NCBI GenBank assembly: GCA_002381155.1
Contig: DFQX01000087.1
Location: 1,435 to 65,434 of the forward strand
Direction: 5' to 3'
Length of the DNA stretch: 64,000 nucleotides
Origin: Flavobacteriaceae bacterium UBA3478
Lineage (GTDB): Bacteria > Bacteroidota > Bacteroidia > Flavobacteriales > Flavobacteriaceae
The notes below the pieces were generated by a model. That model did not search any database and had not been told where the DNA came from. It saw only the letters and a list, made by a program, of their open reading frames with translations. Position numbers and translations under genes: made by a program. Position 1 is the first letter of the stretch. Each line of letters starts with the position of its first letter. Shown here piece after piece: positions 16,426 through 26,775 of the stretch.

Positions 16426-17367
16426 ATGGCTGTCACCGAATTAACACCGAAAATCTTTGCCTGCACCCAAAGCATGCCGTTAGCCGAGCACATTGCCAAG
16501 GCTTATGGTCAGCCTTTAGGTAAGGTGAATTTTTCACGTTATTCAGACGGGGAATACCAGCCAAGCTTCGAAGAATCGGTTCGAGGAACTCGAGTTTTTA
16601 TCATAGGATCAACCAATCCTAGCTCTGATAATTTGATGGAAATGTTGCTAATGCTCGACGCTGCTAAACGAGCCTCAGCTAGACATATCACCGCCGTATT
16701 ACCCTATTACGGTTGGGCTCGTCAAGACCGAAAAGACAAGCCTCGTGTACCCATTGCCGCAAAGCTAGTTGCAAAAATGCTTGAAACTGCCGGAGCAACT
16801 CGAATCATTACAATGGATCTACACGCAGATCAGATTCAGGGATTCTTCGAGAAACCGGTGGATCACTTGTTTGCATCTACCATCTTCTTACCTCATTTAA
16901 AACAATTAAACCTTCCTAATCTTTGCATAGCATCCCCAGACATGGGTGGATCAAAGCGTGCTTATACCTATTCAAAGGCACTCGAATCTGATGTAGTGAT
17001 TTGCTACAAGCAAAGAGAAAAAGCCAATGTGATTTCTCATATGGAACTCATTGGGGAAGTTCAAGGAAAAAACGTAGTGTTAGTCGACGATATGGTAGAT
17101 ACTGCGGGCACCTTAACCAAAGCAGCCGACCTCATGGTTGAAAGAGGAGCTTTAAGTGTTCGTGCAATTACCACGCATGGTCTTTTATCGGGTAATGCTT
17201 ACGAGAGAATCGAAAATTCGAAACTCACCGAACTGATTATTACCGATTCTATTTCAAAAGAGCACCCAAGCTCTAAAATCAAAGTATTGAGTTGTGCTGA
17301 ATTATTCGCAGATGTGATGCATCGTGTGCATACGAACACCTCAATCTCATCTAAGTTTGTACTTTAA
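16426..17367 (+). CDS. prs: Ribose-phosphate pyrophosphokinase
   Basis: Motifs YARQDRK-like (WARQDRKDK), DLHADQIQGFF and VDDMVDTAGT. Confidence 0.95.
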   Translation: MAVTELTPKIFACTQSMPLAEHIAKAYGQPLGKVNFSRYSDGEYQPSFEESVRGTRVFIIGSTNPSSDNLMEMLLMLDAAKRASARHITAVLPYYGWARQDRKDKPRVPIAAKLVAKMLETAGATRIITMDLHADQIQGFFEKPVDHLFASTIFLPHLKQLNLPNLCIASPDMGGSKRAYTYSKALESDVVICYKQREKANVISHMELIGEVQGKNVVLVDDMVDTAGTLTKAADLMVERGALSVRAITTHGLLSGNAYERIENSKLTELIITDSISKEHPSSKIKVLSCAELFADVMHRVHTNTSISSKFVL

Positions 17368-17379
17368 TTTTTTTATACA

Positions 17380-18009
17380 ATGCAATCAATTACTATTAAC
17401 GGATCAAAAAGAGAAAGCGTAGGCAAAGTAGCTACTAAGGCCTTACGTAATGCTGAAATGGTTCCTTGCGTATTATACGGAGGAGAAGCACCTATCCACT
17501 TTTCAGCAGAAGAAAAAAGCTTCAAAAACCTCGTGTATACGCCAAATGCGCACACAGTGGTAATTGAGCTAGGTGGTGAAAAGTATGAAGCAGTACTGCA
17601 AGACATTCAATTTCACCCAGTAACTGACCGAATTCTTCACATTGACTTCTATCAATTATTCGAAGATAAGCCAGTTACTATGCAAATCCCTGTTAGACTT
17701 CAAGGAAGCTCTCCTGGGGTTAGGAATGGTGGACGTTTAATGTTTAGAAAGCGCAAGCTTACAATTAAAGCACTACCTGCCAACCTTCCTGATGTAATCA
17801 ATGTAGATATTTCTAAGCTTAGAATCGGGGGTAACATTTCAGTAATAAATGTTCTTTCTGATGATTACACTTTCCTCCACCCTGATAACACCACTATCGT
17901 TCAGGTTAAAACTTCTCGTACCGCTGTTGATGACGAAGATGAAGAAGAAACTGAAGAAGGTGCTGAAGGCGCTGAAGGCGGAGAGGCAGAAGCTCCTGCA
18001 GCAGAATAG
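17380..18009 (+). CDS. rplY: 50S ribosomal protein L25/general stress protein Ctc
   Basis: Classic prs-rplY-pth gene order. The L25 N-domain is followed by an acidic low-complexity tail. Confidence 0.9.
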   Translation: MQSITINGSKRESVGKVATKALRNAEMVPCVLYGGEAPIHFSAEEKSFKNLVYTPNAHTVVIELGGEKYEAVLQDIQFHPVTDRILHIDFYQLFEDKPVTMQIPVRLQGSSPGVRNGGRLMFRKRKLTIKALPANLPDVINVDISKLRIGGNISVINVLSDDYTFLHPDNTTIVQVKTSRTAVDDEDEEETEEGAEGAEGGEAEAPAAE

Positions 18010-18036
18010 ATTGAATTTTCAGTATTCTATAAATAC

Positions 18037-18071
18037 CCGCCGCCAGCGCATGCTGACGGCGGTCTTTTTTT
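18037..18071 (+). terminator. Intrinsic terminator after rplY
   Basis: GC-rich stem CCGCCG-CAGC/GCTG-CGGCGG, followed by TCTTTTTTT. Confidence 0.75.
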
Positions 18072-18075
18072 ATCC

Positions 18076-18083
18076 TAATTTTG
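18076..18083 (+). promoter_or_regulatory. -7 box TAATTTTG (pth)
   Basis: Matches TAnnTTTG, directly after the rplY terminator. Confidence 0.45.
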
Positions 18084-18102
18084 TAGCTGACCTTAAAAGA
18101 AG

Positions 18103-18669
18103 ATGAAGAAGTTTTTAATTGTAGGATTAGGTAATATCGGAGCTAAATATGAGGGCACTCGTCACAATATTGGCTTTGAAATTATTGATCAAGTTGCAAA
18201 AAGGCTCGAAGCGAATTTTGAGGAGGTGAAACACGGCAGCATGGCCAAGGCTAGTTATAAAGGAAGAACCTGCTTTTTTCTAAAGCCAAACACCTATATG
18301 AACTTAAGCGGCAAAGCAGTCGCTTATCATATGCAGCAAGAAAAGATAGGCTTAGGTGAACTGCTTATTGTAACCGACGACTTAAATCTCCCTTTCGGAA
18401 CACTAAGAATCAAACCTAAGGGATCTGATGGAGGGCACAATGGCTTAAAAGACATACAATCTAGATTAAGCACCCCCAATTATCCTAGATTCAGATTCGG
18501 TATTGGAAACGCCTTTGAACAGGGAAGACAAGTAGACTTTGTTTTGGGTGGTTGGTCAGAAGAAGAAAAATTGAAGCTTCAAGAAAGACTAGAACAATCA
18601 GCTAAAGCGATTGAAAGCTTTGTCTTTACGGGACTTTCAAGAACTATGAATACCTTTAACAACACTTAA
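18103..18669 (+). CDS. pth: Peptidyl-tRNA hydrolase
   Basis: Motifs GLGNIGAKYEGTRHNIGF and GGHNGLKDI. Confidence 0.95.
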   Translation: MKKFLIVGLGNIGAKYEGTRHNIGFEIIDQVAKRLEANFEEVKHGSMAKASYKGRTCFFLKPNTYMNLSGKAVAYHMQQEKIGLGELLIVTDDLNLPFGTLRIKPKGSDGGHNGLKDIQSRLSTPNYPRFRFGIGNAFEQGRQVDFVLGGWSEEEKLKLQERLEQSAKAIESFVFTGLSRTMNTFNNT

Positions 18670-18689
18670 TTTATCCTGAAGGCGAGCGA

Positions 18690-19628
18690 ATGAAAGTCAT
18701 TGATAAGGTAGATAATTACCATGACAATGCTCCTACCGTTTTAACGATAGGAACTTTTGATGGTGTGCACATTGGGCATACTAAGATTATACAAAGATTA
18801 GTCGCTGATGCTCGCTCCAAAGGTTATAAGTCGTGTCTTCTTACTTTCTTTCCGCATCCGCGAGCGGTACTTCAAAGAGATTTGTCGATTAAGCTACTGA
18901 CGACCATGGACGAAAAAGCGAAGAAACTGGAGTCTTTGGGTCTTGACGCTTTGGTAATTCATCCGTTTAGTAGAGAATTTTCTCGACTTACAGCAAGAGA
19001 ATATGTAGAACAAATTCTCGTTGAGAAGCTTCGTGTTAAAAAAATTGTTGTAGGCTATGACCATCAATTTGGAAGAAACCGAGAAGCAGACATTAATGAA
19101 CTTCGCTATTTTTCTCAACTCTTCGATTTTGAAGTGGAAGAAATTGGTCCTCAAGACATTGACGACGTAGCAGTGAGTTCAACAAAAATCAGAACCGCCC
19201 TTACAGAAGGAGCAATAGACAAGGCTAATCAATATCTTGGCTATACCTATGGGGTTGAAGGGGTTGTACAAAAAGGAAAAGGAATTGGCCGAGAAATTGG
19301 GTTTCCGACTGCAAATCTTCATGAGATTCATCCGACAAAGTTGATCCCCGCTCAAGGTGCCTATATGGTAACTGCACCCTACAGAGGAACCCTTCTGAAA
19401 GGAATTATGAATATTGGGAAAAACCCAACTGTCGGAGGTAAGGGTCTACACCTCGAAGTACACTTCCTTGATTTTGACAATGAACTATACAATGAACGCC
19501 TCACCGTCCGCTTTCATAAAAGAATTAGAAGTGAGCAGAAGTTTAACAACCTAGAGGCATTAAAAAATCAATTAGAATTAGATAAGTCCAGCGCGATTAG
19601 CTTCTTTAAAGACGCCATGCTTACCTAG
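18690..19628 (+). CDS. ribF: Bifunctional riboflavin kinase/FAD synthetase
   Basis: Motifs GTFDGVHIGH and GFPTANL, plus a C-terminal riboflavin kinase domain. Confidence 0.9.
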   Translation: MKVIDKVDNYHDNAPTVLTIGTFDGVHIGHTKIIQRLVADARSKGYKSCLLTFFPHPRAVLQRDLSIKLLTTMDEKAKKLESLGLDALVIHPFSREFSRLTAREYVEQILVEKLRVKKIVVGYDHQFGRNREADINELRYFSQLFDFEVEEIGPQDIDDVAVSSTKIRTALTEGAIDKANQYLGYTYGVEGVVQKGKGIGREIGFPTANLHEIHPTKLIPAQGAYMVTAPYRGTLLKGIMNIGKNPTVGGKGLHLEVHFLDFDNELYNERLTVRFHKRIRSEQKFNNLEALKNQLELDKSSAISFFKDAMLT

Positions 19629-19635
19629 ACTTTTC

Positions 19636-19643
19636 TACTTTTG
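19636..19643 (+). promoter_or_regulatory. -7 box TACTTTTG (serS)
   Basis: Matches TAnnTTTG, 18 nt before the ATG. Confidence 0.45.
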
Positions 19644-19661
19644 CAGCAAACTTAATTTTCC

Positions 19662-20933
19662 ATGCTACAGATACAGGCGATTCGAGAAAATACAGAGAAA
19701 GTCATTAAGGCTTTAAATAAACGTGGGTTTAAATCAGATGAAATTATCCCTAAGATTTTAGACCTTGACGCTTCGAGAAGAGAGACACAAACCGAATTAG
19801 ATCAGGTGTTAGCTGAATCTAATCAATTATCTGAAAGCATTGGAAAGCTTTTTAAAAGTGGAAAAGCAAGTGAAGCAGAACCACTAAAAGCTAAGAGTGG
19901 GGAACTGAAAGAAAAGAGTAAGGAGCTTAATGAAAAACTGCACGAGGTAGCAAATGAGCTTGAGAGCCTACTGTATCAGGTACCAAATACACCGAATGAA
20001 ATTGTTCCAGAAGGAAAAACTCCTGAAGAGAATGAGGTCGTATTTAGCAAAGGTGAAATTCCTTCCCTTCACTCTGGTGCTAAACCTCATTGGGAATTAG
20101 CTAATGACTATGATTTGATTGATTTCGAGTTAGGGGTCAAGATTTCAGGTGCCGGCTTCCCAGTATACAAAGGAAAAGGAGCTCGATTACAACGAGCACT
20201 TATTAATTTCTTTCTTGATCAAAACATCGCAGCAGGATATGCCGAGGTACAACCACCACACCTGATCAATGAAGCGTCAGGATATGGTACGGGTCAGTTA
20301 CCTGATAAAGAAGGGCAAATGTACCACGTAACCGGAGACGATCTTTATCTGATACCAACTGCTGAAGTACCTGTAACCAATATCTTAAGAGACTCATTAC
20401 TCAAAGAAGAAGAGTTGCCTATCGCAATGACAGCCTATACCCCTTGTTTTAGAAGAGAGGCGGGCAGTTATGGAGCGGATGTTCGTGGCTTAAACCGCTT
20501 GCATCAATTCGATAAAGTTGAGATTGTACGTGTTGAAAAGCCTGAGAATTCGTATCAAGCTCTTGACCAAATGGTCGAACATGTAAAAACGATTTTAGAG
20601 GCACTTGACCTCCCCTACCGTATTTTGAGATTATGTGCCGGTGATATGGGATTCACCTCTGCCCTCACTTATGACTTTGAGGTTTATTCAGCCGCCCAAA
20701 ACAGATGGTTAGAGATTAGTTCTGTTTCAAACTTTGAAACCTTTCAATCGAATCGTTTAAAGCTCAGATATAAATCAAAAGATGGCAAGAAAGCTTTGGC
20801 TCACACCTTAAATGGAAGTGCACTCGCGCTTCCGAGGGTATTAGCCGCCCTTTTAGAGAATCATCAACACGAAGATGGAATTCATATCCCAACAGCGCTG
20901 CAAGCGTATACTCATTTCAGCAAAATAGACTAG
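19662..20933 (+). CDS. serS: Seryl-tRNA synthetase
   Basis: N-terminal coiled-coil arm and class II motifs (TAEVP, CFRREAGS, NGSALA). Confidence 0.95.
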   Translation: MLQIQAIRENTEKVIKALNKRGFKSDEIIPKILDLDASRRETQTELDQVLAESNQLSESIGKLFKSGKASEAEPLKAKSGELKEKSKELNEKLHEVANELESLLYQVPNTPNEIVPEGKTPEENEVVFSKGEIPSLHSGAKPHWELANDYDLIDFELGVKISGAGFPVYKGKGARLQRALINFFLDQNIAAGYAEVQPPHLINEASGYGTGQLPDKEGQMYHVTGDDLYLIPTAEVPVTNILRDSLLKEEELPIAMTAYTPCFRREAGSYGADVRGLNRLHQFDKVEIVRVEKPENSYQALDQMVEHVKTILEALDLPYRILRLCAGDMGFTSALTYDFEVYSAAQNRWLEISSVSNFETFQSNRLKLRYKSKDGKKALAHTLNGSALALPRVLAALLENHQHEDGIHIPTALQAYTHFSKID

Positions 20934-20938
20934 ATCCT

Positions 20939-21268
20939 ATGCTCATCTACAATATCACTACTCATATAGAATCTAAAATCGAATCAGAATGGGTCGAGTG
21001 GATGAGACAGACCTATATACCACTCATGTTTGCCACGGGTAAGTTTCGTGCAGCAACTTTTACCAAAGTAGTACAAGAAGCACATATTGAAGGTAAAAGC
21101 TATAGTGTTCAATACACTACACCCAACAAAGCAACCTTAGAATCGTTTTTAGCCGAAGATGCTCCGCGATTAGAACTAGAGGCGCAAAACAAATTTGGAA
21201 ATCAGGCCTTATCCTTTGTTACAGAATTAGAACTTATCGGACAGGCTCAAATTAAAGAGGCAAAATGA
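20939..21268 (+). CDS. Small conserved hypothetical protein (DUF4286-like)
   Basis: 109-aa ORF tightly packed between serS and rsmA. The family assignment is from memory only. Confidence 0.45.
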   Translation: MLIYNITTHIESKIESEWVEWMRQTYIPLMFATGKFRAATFTKVVQEAHIEGKSYSVQYTTPNKATLESFLAEDAPRLELEAQNKFGNQALSFVTELELIGQAQIKEAK

Positions 21269-22077
21269 AGGGGCGCCATGAATCCTCTGAACCCGTTCGC
21301 GCTAAAAAGCATCTAGGACAGCATTTTTTAAAAGATCAACAGATCGCCTCTAAAATTGCTGATACGCTGAGTTTAGAAGGTTATGAGCACGTTTTAGAAA
21401 TAGGGCCGGGAACCGGAGTTCTCACCCAATTTTTAATCAAAAAACCGATCACCCTTGAAGTCATCGATCTCGATAGAGAATCGATTGAGTATCTGCGAAC
21501 AACCTTTGTTGAGGAGCATCAGCCAAAAACCCTTACCATTACTGAAGGAGATTTTCTCAAAAAAGATTTAGCCGAATTTTTCGATGGAGATCCATTCGCT
21601 ATTACCGGGAATTTTCCTTATAACATCTCTACCCAGATTGTCTTCAAGATGCTCGAATATCGAGATCGAATTCCTGAATTCACCGGGATGTTTCAAAAAG
21701 AGGTCGCACAACGTATTTGCGAAAAACCAGGAACCAAGGCCTATGGCATACTCAGTGTTCTAGTTCAAGCCTTTTATGATGCCTCCTATGCCTTTACAGT
21801 GCATCCGCAAGTTTTCGAACCTCCTCCGAAGGTTCAATCTGGAGTCATCATACTCAAACGCAAGGAGAATCAAGACATCAATTGTTCGGTCCCCCTATTT
21901 TTCAGAGTAGTTAAAACTGCCTTCAATCAAAGACGTAAAACCCTTCGAAATTCATTAAAGACCTTCGAACTTCCTGCAAATGTCACAGAAGACACTATAT
22001 TTGATCTAAGGCCTGAGCGTCTTGGTGTAACAGAATTTATCCGTCTAACTCAACTCATTGAAAATGCAACCCTTTAA
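21265..22077 (+). CDS. rsmA: 16S rRNA (adenine1518/1519-N6)-dimethyltransferase
   Basis: Motifs [19 protein letters not shown] and GNFPYNIST. Confidence 0.9.
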   Translation: MKGRHESSEPVRAKKHLGQHFLKDQQIASKIADTLSLEGYEHVLEIGPGTGVLTQFLIKKPITLEVIDLDRESIEYLRTTFVEEHQPKTLTITEGDFLKKDLAEFFDGDPFAITGNFPYNISTQIVFKMLEYRDRIPEFTGMFQKEVAQRICEKPGTKAYGILSVLVQAFYDASYAFTVHPQVFEPPPKVQSGVIILKRKENQDINCSVPLFFRVVKTAFNQRRKTLRNSLKTFELPANVTEDTIFDLRPERLGVTEFIRLTQLIENATL

Positions 22078-23416
22078 GCTTACCGAAGAGTTTTTAGCCA
22101 AGGTTCGACTGCTCATTGAAGCAACCAATGAGGGTGAGTTGCTCACCCTTTTCGAAGAGTTACACTATGCCGATATCGCTGAAATCATCAATGAACTCGA
22201 AACCCCAGAAGCGATTTATCTAATTCGTTTATTGGATTCAGAACGTACTGGAGATGTGCTTACCGAACTTGATGAAGATCTCAGAGAAGAGATTTTAGCC
22301 GAGTTAAGTGCCGCTGAGATTGCAACCGAACTCTCTGAAATCGATACCGATGATGCGGTAGACATTATCACCGAACTCTCTGAAGATTTAGCAAAGGAAG
22401 TTATCTCTGAAATCGAGGACAGAGAACACGCGGCAGAGATCTTAGAACTCATGCGCTACGGTGAAGACACCGCTGGGGGTCTTATGGCAAAGGAGCTTAT
22501 AAAGGTGAATGAAAACTGGAATATCACCACTTGCGTCAGAGAAATGAGGGCGCAAGCAGAATATGTTACTCGCGTGCATTCTATTTATGTTGTTGACGAT
22601 AGTAATGTGTTGAAAGGACGACTTTCATTGAAAGACCTACTCACTAGCCCAAATGACGCGCATATCAAGGATGTGTATATCCCCAAGGTAGACTATGTAG
22701 GTGTTCACGAAAAATCAGAAGAAGTTGCCAAGGTTATGGCAAAATATGACTTAGAGGCGATCCCAGTAGTCGATGAAATGAATCGTCTTGTTGGTAGAAT
22801 CACTATCGACGATATTGTCGATGTTATTAGAGAAGAAGCCGATAAAGATTATCAGCAAATGGCGGGGATTACCCAAGATGTTGAGGCCGATGATAGCATC
22901 TTAGATCTAACCCGGGCTCGACTGCCTTGGCTTGTAGTAGGATTAATTGGAGGTCTAGGAGCCGCTATGATCATGGGAGGCTTTGAAGATATCATAAGCG
23001 AACATGCAATCTTATTCTTTTTCACCCCATTAATTGCAGCAATGGCGGGTAATGTTGGGGTACAATCCAGCGCGATTATTGTGCAAGGAATCGCGAATGA
23101 TGATATCAAGGGAAGTATCGCCTCTCGATTATCGAAAGAAATGCTACTCGCCCTATTTAATGGGGTCATCTTGGCCGTTTTACTTTTTGCAAGTACTTGG
23201 CTTTGGAAAGGTCATCTATTGTCTGCATTGGCCATTTCACTTTCTCTAATTGTGGTCATTGTTATGGCAGGTCTAATCGGCACATTCATACCCCTATTCT
23301 TGAATAAAAGAGGGATTGATCCAGCCGTTGCTACAGGTCCATTTATCACTACAAGCAATGATATCTTTGGAATTTTAATCTATTTCTGGATGGCTAAGAT
23401 CATCTTAGGAATATGA
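22064..23416 (+). CDS. mgtE: Magnesium transporter MgtE
   Basis: Acidic N-domain, tandem CBS region and a C-terminal membrane domain with PFITTSNDI. The ATG at 22064 is preferred over the TTG at 22058. Confidence 0.9.
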   Translation: MQPFKLTEEFLAKVRLLIEATNEGELLTLFEELHYADIAEIINELETPEAIYLIRLLDSERTGDVLTELDEDLREEILAELSAAEIATELSEIDTDDAVDIITELSEDLAKEVISEIEDREHAAEILELMRYGEDTAGGLMAKELIKVNENWNITTCVREMRAQAEYVTRVHSIYVVDDSNVLKGRLSLKDLLTSPNDAHIKDVYIPKVDYVGVHEKSEEVAKVMAKYDLEAIPVVDEMNRLVGRITIDDIVDVIREEADKDYQQMAGITQDVEADDSILDLTRARLPWLVVGLIGGLGAAMIMGGFEDIISEHAILFFFTPLIAAMAGNVGVQSSAIIVQGIANDDIKGSIASRLSKEMLLALFNGVILAVLLFASTWLWKGHLLSALAISLSLIVVIVMAGLIGTFIPLFLNKRGIDPAVATGPFITTSNDIFGILIYFWMAKIILGI

Positions 23417-24369
23417 GTCGAAAAATTCTACATCTCGACAGCAATCATCCTGTAATCGCCGAAGGGTTGGAACAATTAGGCTTTCAAAATGACTTCGATT
23501 ACAAGAGCACTTACGAGGAAATCTTAGAGAAGATTGAGGAGTACGAAGGGCTGATTATCCGTTCAAGAATTCCGATCGATCAGCGTCTATTAGCTCAAGC
23601 CCAAAATCTAAAGTTCATTGGGAGAATCGGTGCTGGATTAGAAAATATTGATCTCTTAGCGGCCGAAAAACAAGGAATCTTTTTAGCAGCTGCGCCCGAA
23701 GGTAATCGCAACGCAGTTGCTGAGCATACCCTAGGGTTACTACTATCCCTATTCAACAAACTAAATACAGCCGACAAAGAAGTACGATCGGGGCTTTGGA
23801 GAAGAGAAGGAAATCGAGGTATTGAACTCGATGGAAAAACCGTTGGTATTATCGGATACGGAAACATGGGTAAGCAATTTGCCAAAAAGCTAAGAGGATT
23901 CGATGTGGAAACTCTGTGCTTTGATTTAAAGCCAAATATTGGAGATGAAAATGCACGTCAGGTGAGTATTGAAGAACTTAGAGAGCTAACCGACGTATTA
24001 AGTCTGCACCTCCCACAAACTCCTGATACCATTCATCTTATCGACACCGCATTTATCGAACAAATGAAAAAACCCTTTTGGCTTCTCAACACAGGGAGAG
24101 GAAGTGCAGTGAAAACCGAAGATTTAGTCAGCGCCCTTAAAATCGGGAAAATCAAAGGTGCAGGTTTAGATGTCCTAGAATACGAGAGTAAATCATTCAC
24201 CAATCTTTTTGAACACTCTAATCAACCAGAAGCATTCTCTTATTTAATTCATGCAGACAATGTTGTTATGACCCCTCATGTTGCTGGCTGGAGTGTTGAG
24301 AGTTATTATCTGTTAGCAAAAGTAGTTTTAGACAAGATCACCTCGCTTTACACTACGAAAGATCAATAA
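23413..24369 (+). CDS. D-isomer-specific 2-hydroxyacid dehydrogenase family protein
   Basis: NAD motif GIIGYGNMG, with catalytic-region motifs NTGRG and TPHVAG. Confidence 0.8.
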   Translation: MSRKILHLDSNHPVIAEGLEQLGFQNDFDYKSTYEEILEKIEEYEGLIIRSRIPIDQRLLAQAQNLKFIGRIGAGLENIDLLAAEKQGIFLAAAPEGNRNAVAEHTLGLLLSLFNKLNTADKEVRSGLWRREGNRGIELDGKTVGIIGYGNMGKQFAKKLRGFDVETLCFDLKPNIGDENARQVSIEELRELTDVLSLHLPQTPDTIHLIDTAFIEQMKKPFWLLNTGRGSAVKTEDLVSALKIGKIKGAGLDVLEYESKSFTNLFEHSNQPEAFSYLIHADNVVMTPHVAGWSVESYYLLAKVVLDKITSLYTTKDQ

Positions 24370-24374
24370 GTCCT

Positions 24375-24797
24375 ATGAAAAAGAATATCCTCGTTTTATG
24401 TACAGGAAACTCATGTAGAAGCCAAATGGCACATGGATTTCTAAATGCTTTAGCCAAAGACTATGCAACGATTTACAGTGCAGGAATTGAAACTCACGGA
24501 TTAAACCCAGGGGCCGTCTCAATTATGAAAGAAGCTGGTGTTGATATTTCTACACATACTTCAAATCATGTGGATGAATACCAGGGCATTCAATGGGATT
24601 TCATACTTACGGTATGTGATCATGCAAACGAAAACTGCCCTTACCTACCAGCACCAAACGCGAAAAGATTTCATCACAACTTTTTTGATCCCTCTAAGGT
24701 TGAGGGAAATAGCGAAGAAAAACATGCTGCTTTTTTAAAAACAAGAGAGCAAATAAGAGAATATATAACTAACTTTGTTAACGAAAATTTAACCTAG
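24375..24797 (+). CDS. arsC: Arsenate reductase / low-molecular-weight phosphatase family
   Basis: N-terminal CTGNSCRSQMA P-loop, plus downstream Cys residues (TVCDHANENCP). Confidence 0.75.
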   Translation: MKKNILVLCTGNSCRSQMAHGFLNALAKDYATIYSAGIETHGLNPGAVSIMKEAGVDISTHTSNHVDEYQGIQWDFILTVCDHANENCPYLPAPNAKRFHHNFFDPSKVEGNSEEKHAAFLKTREQIREYITNFVNENLT

Positions 24798-24905
24798 TTA
24801 AGTTTAATGGGTTTAGTTTAACTAGGAATTAGAGAAGAGCACTTCGAAGGTCAACATTTAATTGGGTTTGTTTGGTATCATTTAACGATGATATACAGTT
24901 GGCCT

Positions 24906-26198
24906 TCAGCTCTTTTGTTCAGAATAAGTAACTACCTGTAGCGTCTGATCAGTACGCTGTTCTACTAAAATTCTTTCCCCCTTCGGTATAACACTAAGCG
25001 ACTTTTCGTCGAAATGACGAATAGTATATAAGGACACCCCTTTGTGACAATTTACCTTGAACTCTGCCTCTAATTCTGGTAATAGCCCGTCAATTCCTTC
25101 AAAGCGATTATCTAAGCAAACCTTAAAACTAATCGCTGAATTTTGAATCAAGTCAACTTTCAATCGATACTTAGCGAACAAATTGAATAGTTTACCAAAG
25201 TGCTGCTCAACCATAAACGAGAAGTCCTGTGTAGCCAATTCTAATAAGACCTGATTCTTCTTTACAATAAAGCACGGTACCTGAGGTAATAGTGCTGCAC
25301 CACCGGTCACCGTAGTTCCTTTCGCGCTCAGGTCAACGAATGATCTCACATGCAAAGGAATGGCTCTTCTTTGAAGAGGCTGAAGCGTCTTAGGGTGAAT
25401 TACCGAGGCACCATAGAAGGCAAGTTCAATCGCCTCACGATAAGAAATTTGATGCAATAATTGGGTGTCAGTGAAGTATCTCGGGTCAGCATTTAAAACA
25501 CCGGGGACATCCTTCCAAATACTTACTGAAGATGCTTCGAGTGCATAAGCTAGAATAGCAGCAGTATAATCTGAACCTTCTCTACCTAGAGTTGTAGTGA
25601 AGTTATTGGTATCACTACCCAAAAATCCTTGAGTAACAATTAATTGTTTAGCCTCTTTCAGCGAAGAAATTTTTTCTGCAGTTGCTTCCCAATTTACGGT
25701 AGCGTCTCTATATGAGTCGTCTGTTTTAATTAGAGTACGTACATCGTACCAAGTATTGTCGATACCCACCTCAGCCAGATAGGCACTTAATATTCGTGTA
25801 GATAATAGTTCACCGTATCCGACAATTTGATCATAGATAAATGATTTATTGAGCGACTTGTTCCAGGTAATAAACCCTAAAATCTCATCGAACATTCTTT
25901 CAATGTCTGCTCGTACCTGATCGGCTCGATCTCCAAACAATTCATCGATAATTGCGCGATGAAAATCTACTACCGGTGCGATCGATTGATTCACTGCCTC
26001 AACGACATCTTTATTGTCAGTCTTAGCTTTGAAATAATCAGCAACTACAACTTCCATGGCATTGGTAGTTTTGCCCATAGCAGAGACTACCATACAAACG
26101 TCCTTATGACCCTCTGTTTTTAGTACATGGGCCACGTTGGCAATACTTTGAGCGTCTTTAACCGAAGCTCCTCCAAATTTGAAAACTCTTTTACCCAT
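24906..26198 (-). CDS. Aspartate kinase (monofunctional)
   Basis: VFKFGGASV kinase motif and C-terminal ACT-like region. The start MGKRVFKFGG at 26198 is preferred over 26219. It overlaps the upstream GNAT stop by 8 nt. Confidence 0.85.
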   Translation of the reverse strand: MGKRVFKFGGASVKDAQSIANVAHVLKTEGHKDVCMVVSAMGKTTNAMEVVVADYFKAKTDNKDVVEAVNQSIAPVVDFHRAIIDELFGDRADQVRADIERMFDEILGFITWNKSLNKSFIYDQIVGYGELLSTRILSAYLAEVGIDNTWYDVRTLIKTDDSYRDATVNWEATAEKISSLKEAKQLIVTQGFLGSDTNNFTTTLGREGSDYTAAILAYALEASSVSIWKDVPGVLNADPRYFTDTQLLHQISYREAIELAFYGASVIHPKTLQPLQRRAIPLHVRSFVDLSAKGTTVTGGAALLPQVPCFIVKKNQVLLELATQDFSFMVEQHFGKLFNLFAKYRLKVDLIQNSAISFKVCLDNRFEGIDGLLPELEAEFKVNCHKGVSLYTIRHFDEKSLSVIPKGERILVEQRTDQTLQVVTYSEQKS

Positions 26199-26652
26199 TA
26201 TTTTCGAGTTGAACGACATACCAATTTTTTAACACCTTCGCACCTTTACTTTCATAGAGGGCAATAGCATTAGTGTTCCAGTCTAATACTTCCCATCCGA
26301 TTCTTCGCACCTTGATAGACTTTCCATACGAGATCACATGGTCTAGCAAAGCCGATCCAATTCCTTTCCCTCGATGTTCAACCTCAACGATAAGGTCTTC
26401 TAAGTGGAGCGCCTTGCCTTTCCAAGTGGAATATCGGAGATAAGTAAGTGCTATTCCTACCACCTTTTGGGTTTCTGAATCCTCGGCCACAAAACAATGA
26501 TACGAGGGCTGATCACCAAATCCATCATTCGCTACTTCTTCTAAAGAAAGCACCATTTCATTCTCAGCCTGTTCGAATACAGCTAATTCTTTGATTAAAC
26601 GGTGAATATCTGTAACATCTGAACGTACTGCGTCTCTAATGATAAAGCCCAT
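26191..26652 (-). CDS. GNAT family N-acetyltransferase
   Basis: Acetyl-CoA motif EHRGKGIGSALL. The start MGFIIRD at 26652 was chosen because a TACCTTTG -7 box (26674-26681) lies inside the longer ORF. Confidence 0.75.
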   Translation of the reverse strand: MGFIIRDAVRSDVTDIHRLIKELAVFEQAENEMVLSLEEVANDGFGDQPSYHCFVAEDSETQKVVGIALTYLRYSTWKGKALHLEDLIVEVEHRGKGIGSALLDHVISYGKSIKVRRIGWEVLDWNTNAIALYESKGAKVLKNWYVVQLENNG

Positions 26653-26673
26653 AAATATCTCATTTTGGTACAT

Positions 26674-26681
26674 CAAAGGTA
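26674..26681 (-). promoter_or_regulatory. -7 box TACCTTTG (GNAT-aspartate kinase)
   Basis: Minus-strand match 21 nt upstream of the ATG at 26652. Confidence 0.4.
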
Positions 26682-26775
26682 TTTGAAATGTCTAGCTACT
26701 ACAAATACCCCTGAAGCTCTCACAAAAGCCGTCAAAATTGTTGTAGTTTAGGTAATTCTAAGAGGTCAAATTGCT

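Noticed and set aside
17849-18106. An 85-aa ORF overlapping the acidic tail of rplY and the terminator.
   Set aside because: It is an alternative-frame reading of the GAA/GAT-rich L25 tail (K/L-rich translation). It runs through the rplY terminator hairpin and the pth -7 box, so a real gene is implausible.
24876-24893. Inverted repeat TATCAT-N6-ATGATA downstream of the aspartate kinase gene.
   Set aside because: It is a 6-bp AT-rich stem without a U-tract on either strand, which is within chance expectation for AT-rich intergenic DNA.
26690-26760. A possible SOS/LexA-type operator (CTACAA...TTGTAG) in front of the LADDR operon.
   Set aside because: The arms are only 6 bp long and separated by about 35 nt, and they do not resemble any LexA box I know. 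This is insufficient evidence.
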